Of a DNA stretch of 47,508 nucleotides, positions 45,701-47,508 are shown piece after piece. The first letter of the stretch is position 1. Every line of letters starts with the position of its first letter. This DNA is from a virus (lineage: Duplodnaviria; Caudoviricetes), in the IMG/VR virus record IMGVR_UViG_3300025018_000023, positions 1 through 47,508 of that record; one strand, 5' to 3'. Made by a program: the position numbers and the translations under genes. A model generated the notes under the pieces. It saw only the letters and a list, made by a program, of their open reading frames with translations. It made no database searches and was not told the DNA's origin.

Positions 45701-46310
45701 GACGTTCCATCAGCTTGGCGACTCTTAGGGCGCGTTCATTTGCATCTTGGATCGGAGGCGTCGTGCGAGTCTCTCGGTCTTCTTGTTCTTCATCACGACT
45801 TCCATAGAGCTGCTGCATCTGAAGACGACGCGCGGTCTTGAAGCCGATCGCGTCTAGGTAGACGCCAGCGGATAAAGCCACCGCCTTCGAGCGGGAGAAC
45901 AGCACCTTGGCGACATCTTCTTCACGCTCAGTCCCATCCTCAATGGCCTCCTCTAAATCTTCGATCTCTTGGAGACGCTGGCGCCATGTGGCCTTGAGCG
46001 CGTCAAGCGCTTCGAGCGAGCCTGCGCGAAAGTGGCTCTCGATCTGCTCGGTGAACAAGACCTCTTGGTAATGTGAGACGAGCTCGTGCCAGCCATCAAT
46101 GCAGGTGTAGTTGTAGACGGTCTGCACGGCGACATCGACCTCATCAGCGATCGTCCGCCAGCTCTTGCCGCCTGCGCGCAGCTGCGCAGCGCGCAAGTGC
46201 CGAGGTGTCCAGCGCTTACCATCTCCCCTTAAAGGGATCTCTCCTCGCTTCTCCACATGCTTACCTTGTGTCCCTACCTTAGTGCTGGGAGGGCTTCTTT
46301 TAGAGGACAT
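45666..46310 (-). CDS. Putative terminase small subunit (HTH)
   Basis: GKSWRTIADEVDVAVQTVYNY; immediately upstream of TerL. Confidence 0.65.
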   Translation of the reverse strand: MSSKRSPPSTKVGTQGKHVEKRGEIPLRGDGKRWTPRHLRAAQLRAGGKSWRTIADEVDVAVQTVYNYTCIDGWHELVSHYQEVLFTEQIESHFRAGSLEALDALKATWRQRLQEIEDLEEAIEDGTEREEDVAKVLFSRSKAVALSAGVYLDAIGFKTARRLQMQQLYGSRDEEQEDRETRTTPPIQDANERALRVAKLMERHGLLSPYRTEE

Positions 46311-46340
46311 GACCCCTCGCTTAGCCGCCTGGAGTGCGGC

Positions 46341-46700
46341 TCATTTTTTTGGGACACTTTGACCACCGGAGACTTTTTGTCGTGTCTCCGCCCATAGCTT
46401 AAAGATACATGACCATGCTTCGCGAGCGCGTTGAGCTTGCTGTTCGGCGTCGAGGATAGCCTGCGCACGGTCAGCGCGCGGTCGCGCCTGAGCAGCTTCC
46501 ATAGAGATGGCTAGCTCAAGATCCTTAGCTAACCCTGGGTCGGCTTTGAGTTCTTGGAGCATTGACCAAAGCTGACGAGCTTGGGGAGATGGACGACCCC
46601 CAGCAAAGCCCGCCTGCCTCGCAGCTTCGTTGGCACCAAGCGCTGAGTTGTGAAGACGCAAGCGCACATAAGAGAGCGCCTTGGATGACGTTCCCATCAT
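46341..46700 (-). CDS. Hypothetical protein
   Basis: Coupled start; GGAGG RBS; ANEAARQAGF. Confidence 0.6.
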   Translation of the reverse strand: MMGTSSKALSYVRLRLHNSALGANEAARQAGFAGGRPSPQARQLWSMLQELKADPGLAKDLELAISMEAAQARPRADRAQAILDAEQQAQRAREAWSCIFKLWAETRQKVSGGQSVPKK

Positions 46701-47209
46701 TCCTCCTGCGAATAGGCGACCCGCACTCGTGGCCCTTGTGCGTTGAGGGTGAGCGCGCGCTCCTCGCTGACGCTTAAGCGACGGAGCTCCAAGGACTCCA
46801 GCGCCAACAAGACGACCGTATCAACGAGCTTGACGATGCGAGCCGCGCTGCTCTTGCTCACCTCGGGGACCGCGCGCAAGCTCAAGCGCTCCACGCGCAC
46901 CGCCCACCACACCCGCCATAGCTCATCAGCGCGCTCGCCCTCTTGAAGCAGCAGCGCGGCCTGAGCGGCGCCCCAGGCGCGCTCAAGGTCGCGGCGCACA
47001 TCAAGGGCCAAGACCTGTGACGCTCGCATCCCTGGCCGGGGGTTGAGCTGGCATCCGGCCAGGGCCAGCAGCTCGTAGTTCTGGGCTTTGCAGGTGCCAG
47101 GGGTGAGCTCGGCTAAGGCTGCGTAGACCTGAGCGGCCTCAGCAGCGCAGCCATAGCTAGAGAGCGGGCTGTCCCAATCTTCAGCGGCGATGTCGTGAGT
47201 GGATGCCAT
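46697..47209 (-). CDS. Putative late transcription regulator
   Basis: C-terminal HTH-like LSLRAVPEVSKSSAARIV; position ahead of the packaging genes. Confidence 0.5.
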   Translation of the reverse strand: MASTHDIAAEDWDSPLSSYGCAAEAAQVYAALAELTPGTCKAQNYELLALAGCQLNPRPGMRASQVLALDVRRDLERAWGAAQAALLLQEGERADELWRVWWAVRVERLSLRAVPEVSKSSAARIVKLVDTVVLLALESLELRRLSVSEERALTLNAQGPRVRVAYSQEE

Positions 47210-47372
47210 AGAACCTTGCCTCCGTAGAAGTGTGACAGGTCACACTTGCAAGTGTGACATCGTCATGCTGATGTGCGTCGATGTAGCCAAAGGCCTTGCT
47301 CTCATCGAGCGCGACCATCAGGTCTTGAGAGCCGTCGTCGTAGGTCAGGCTAATCTTCGCCAGCGTCTTCAT
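47181..47372 (-). CDS. Small hypothetical protein
   Basis: RBS GGTGAGG before MKTLAKI. Confidence 0.5.
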   Translation of the reverse strand: MKTLAKISLTYDDGSQDLMVALDESKAFGYIDAHQHDDVTLASVTCHTSTEARFYGIHSRHRR

Positions 47373-47457
47373 CCTCACCTGCTGTGTTGATGCGCCTCAA
47401 AGAGCGCTTGAGATATTTCGCGAAGGGCAGCGAGCTGGCGCACCACCAGGCCGCCTT

Positions 47458-47508
47458 GCACGTGGCAGATGGCCTGCCAAAACGCAGGCTCGAAGCCGCG
47501 CGCATCCT
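47458..47508. repeat. Terminal direct repeat, right copy
   Basis: Identical to 1-51. Confidence 0.97.

Overview
A complete, circularly assembled temperate phage genome of about 47.46 kb with a contractile tail. The first 51 nt recur at the end, and one ORF reads through that join. Modules: a replication initiator with internal iteron-like repeats; an XRE regulator; a + strand early operon with a diverged tandem duplication of a 4-gene cassette, a DUF4326-like gene, a C5 methyltransferase, xis and a tyrosine integrase; an attP holding the 3' half of tRNA-Thr(CGT); a cargo region (XRE-ImmA/IrrE, HNH, DUF2188, 5hmdU-kinase/aGPT-Pplase1-like, HsdR-N-like, YgjP remnant, ISKra4-like IS); and a - strand late region (terminase, portal, scaffold, capsid, MuF toxin/immunity, neck, sheath, tube, chaperone with -1 frameshift, tape measure, baseplate, amidase). 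The standout is a cas-less type I-E-like mini-CRISPR array (40957-41104). Its first spacer matches, with a canonical AAG PAM and a 14-nt perfect seed, the translation-start region of the adjacent collagen-repeat lipoprotein gene. This suggests a phage gene switched by the host Cascade/Cas6. Protein calls come from motif recognition and synteny; no database searches were run.
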